Assembly: GCA_963850305.1 (NCBI GenBank)
Contig: CAWKKR010000001.1
Coordinates: 352,001-416,000, forward strand
DNA length: 64,000 bases
DNA from: an uncultured delta proteobacterium
GTDB lineage: Bacteria; Myxococcota_A; Polyangia; Polyangiales; Polyangiaceae
Direction of reading: 5' to 3'
Shown here: positions 62,186 to 64,000 of the stretch, piece after piece
How positions within the stretch are numbered: the first letter of the stretch is position 1
How the letters are laid out: every line of letters starts with the position of its first letter
Program-made: the position numbers and the translations under genes
The notes under the pieces: model-generated
What the model saw: the letters and a program-made list of their open reading frames with translations, nothing else
Databases searched by the model: none
Told to the model about the DNA's origin: nothing

Positions 62186-63515
62186 ATGTCCATGAGACCC
62201 ATCGTCGCAATCGTCGGTCGTCCCAACGTCGGCAAGAGCACGCTCTTCAATCGATTCGCGGGGAGCGACCTTGCCATCGTGCACGACGAGCCGGGGGTCA
62301 CGCGCGATCGTCACTACGCCGACGCGCACCTGCACGGCCGCGACGTTACGCTCGTCGACACGGGCGGCTTCGACCCCGAGACCACGGATCCGGTCGGCGT
62401 GGGCATCGTGCGGAACGTCGAGGCGGCCATCGAAGAAGCGGACGTCATCCTGTGCGTGCTCGACGGCATGACGGGCCCGGTGCCCGGGGACCGCGAAGCC
62501 GTCGCGCTCCTGCGCCGCTCGAGCAAGCCGGTTCTTTACGCCGCGAACAAGGCCGACGACTCGCGGAAGGCGCTCGAGTCGAACGACCTCTACTCCCTCG
62601 GGGTCGACCGCATCTTCCCGATCTCGGCCGCGCACGGTCGCGGTCTTCACGAGCTCGAAGCCGCCCTGGTGAACCTGCTGCCGGCGCCCAGGGCCGAGGA
62701 GCCCGCGCCCGACGACGACCTGCCGCGCATCGCGATCCTCGGGCGTCCCAACGCGGGCAAATCGTCCTTGTTCAATCGACTCTGCGGTGAGGAGCGCTCC
62801 ATCGTCGATGAGCGACCCGGGACCACCGTCGATCCGGTCGACACGCGCGTCGAGATTGCCGGCACGCCGTGCGTCATCGTCGATACGGCCGGCATCCGGC
62901 GGCGCTCGCGCGTCGATCGCGGCGTCGAGTCCGCGAGCGTGATGCGGGCGATCCGGGCCGTCGGCCGCGCCGACGTCGTCGTGCTCCTCTGCGACTCGAC
63001 GGAGGAACTGGCGGAGCAAGACGCGCGGCTCCTCGGGCTCGCGGCGGATCGCGGACGAGCGGTCGTCGTCGGGCTCAGCAAGAGCGACTTACTCGATCGC
63101 AGCCGCAGATCGGGAGCGCCCCAGGCCGCCCGCGACGCTCTCCACTTCGCGGCGTGGGCGCCGATCCTCGTACTCAGCGCGCGCACGGGTGAAGGGCTCC
63201 GCGAGCTCGAGCAGGCGATCGTGCGCGCATGGAAGTCGTTCCATCGTCGCGTCTCCACCGCGGAGTTGAACCGCTTCTTCCGCGACGTACTCGAGAAACA
63301 GCCCCCGCCAACCCACGGCGGCAAAGCGCCGCGTCTCTACTACATCACGCAGGTCGAGTCGGGGCCGCCGGTCTTCGTCGTCATGTGCAACGCGGGCGAA
63401 GCCGTGAAGGCGAGCTACCGCCGCTTCGTCGCGAACCAGATCCGGAAGGCCTTCGACTTCGAAGCCGTGTCGGTCATCGTCCACTTCCGAGGGGAAGAAG
63501 AAGAAGGGCGAGTAG
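62186..63515 (+). CDS. der: Ribosome biogenesis GTPase Der (as-is ORF runs to 63640; likely ends HFRGKKKKGE* if one G at ~63491 is an insertion)
   Basis: Two G domains (GRPNVGKS, GRPNAGKSS), PGVTRD, DTAGIRR, C-terminal domain. Confidence 0.92.
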
Positions 63516-63883
63516 CGGCGTCCACCAAGGCATCTCGAGCCTCACGGAATCGAAGAACCGGCTCACCGCGTCCATATCGAAGGCCCTGGCCACGACCCTC
63601 ACCGCGAAAACCGCACGAGCGTCCCGATCACGCGGTGTGAAACGCGCCGCGAGCTCAGGGTGAAGTGGCCCCACCCAGCCGAGGGCTTCGGCCGTTTCCC
63701 CGGCAAGCCTGCGCCTCGCGGGCCGAAGCCGTGCCGACTGATACCGCCCCGAGCCAGCCCCTGTCGCCCTCGCCCGCGTGACCACGCGACGCCCAACACC
63801 TTGCGCACGCACGCGGCCGCGAGGCGGCCCCCTCACTCTGGCCCTCGCTCAAGCTCCCCCCTCCCCCCTCAAACTCTCCCCCC

Positions 63884-64000
63884 TCACTCCGGGCACAAAA
63901 CCCGCGCAATCCCCGCGAGCGCGACCACGTCGTGCACATCGCTCGGCAGCGCGGGCACCCGGACGAGCGGCACGTTCGACGCGGACACGCGAACCCGCAA
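63884..64000 (-). CDS. 3' end of a gene, possibly ArsA-related ATPase (truncated by window)
   Basis: ...VPLVRVPALPSDVHDVVALAGIARVLCPE*. Confidence 0.5.
   Translation of the reverse strand: MRVRVSASNVPLVRVPALPSDVHDVVALAGIARVLCPE

Noticed and set aside
63474..63836. Minus-strand 120-aa ORF after der
   Set aside because: Arg/Ala/Gly-rich with no recognisable motif; cannot support, though a frameshifted small gene is not excluded
63842..63883. G-run tract on the minus strand (possible G-quadruplex)
   Set aside because: Single low-complexity tract in GC-rich, error-prone sequence; no functional evidence
1..64000. CRISPR arrays, IS/prophage, rRNA/tRNA, defence systems
   Set aside because: No repeat-spacer arrays, transposase/integrase motifs or RNA gene structures seen; mazG is the housekeeping tandem-domain type

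Overview
GC-rich chromosomal segment, most likely from a myxobacterium (Myxococcota, Polyangiaceae-like). This is inferred from RomX-, Glt- and TIGR02266-PilZ-like genes and many lipoproteins. Most of the window is housekeeping: pepP, rluB, lepA, M16 peptidase pair, phosphomannomutase, biotin carboxylase, rlmN, mazG, cysK, ygfZ, rluD, maf, era, der. Two accessory blocks stand out. (1) A minus-strand run moxR - ACP - two ketosynthases, each fused to a catalytically dead chain-length-factor-like domain - lipoprotein - patatin (28.4-35.4 kb). (2) A Glt/Nfs-like trans-envelope cluster (TPR proteins, GltF/GltG-like, a degenerate MotA/ExbB-like gene) directly upstream of a beta-barrel plus short OPX polysaccharide export pair, and divergent from an ECF sigma/anti-sigma pair (41.3-57.7 kb). 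About ten reading frames appear to carry single-base insertions, probably sequencing errors. One PilZ gene has an in-frame TGA at its c-di-GMP-binding Arg. I found no tRNA, rRNA, CRISPR array or mobile element. All family calls come from motif recognition by eye; no database search was run.
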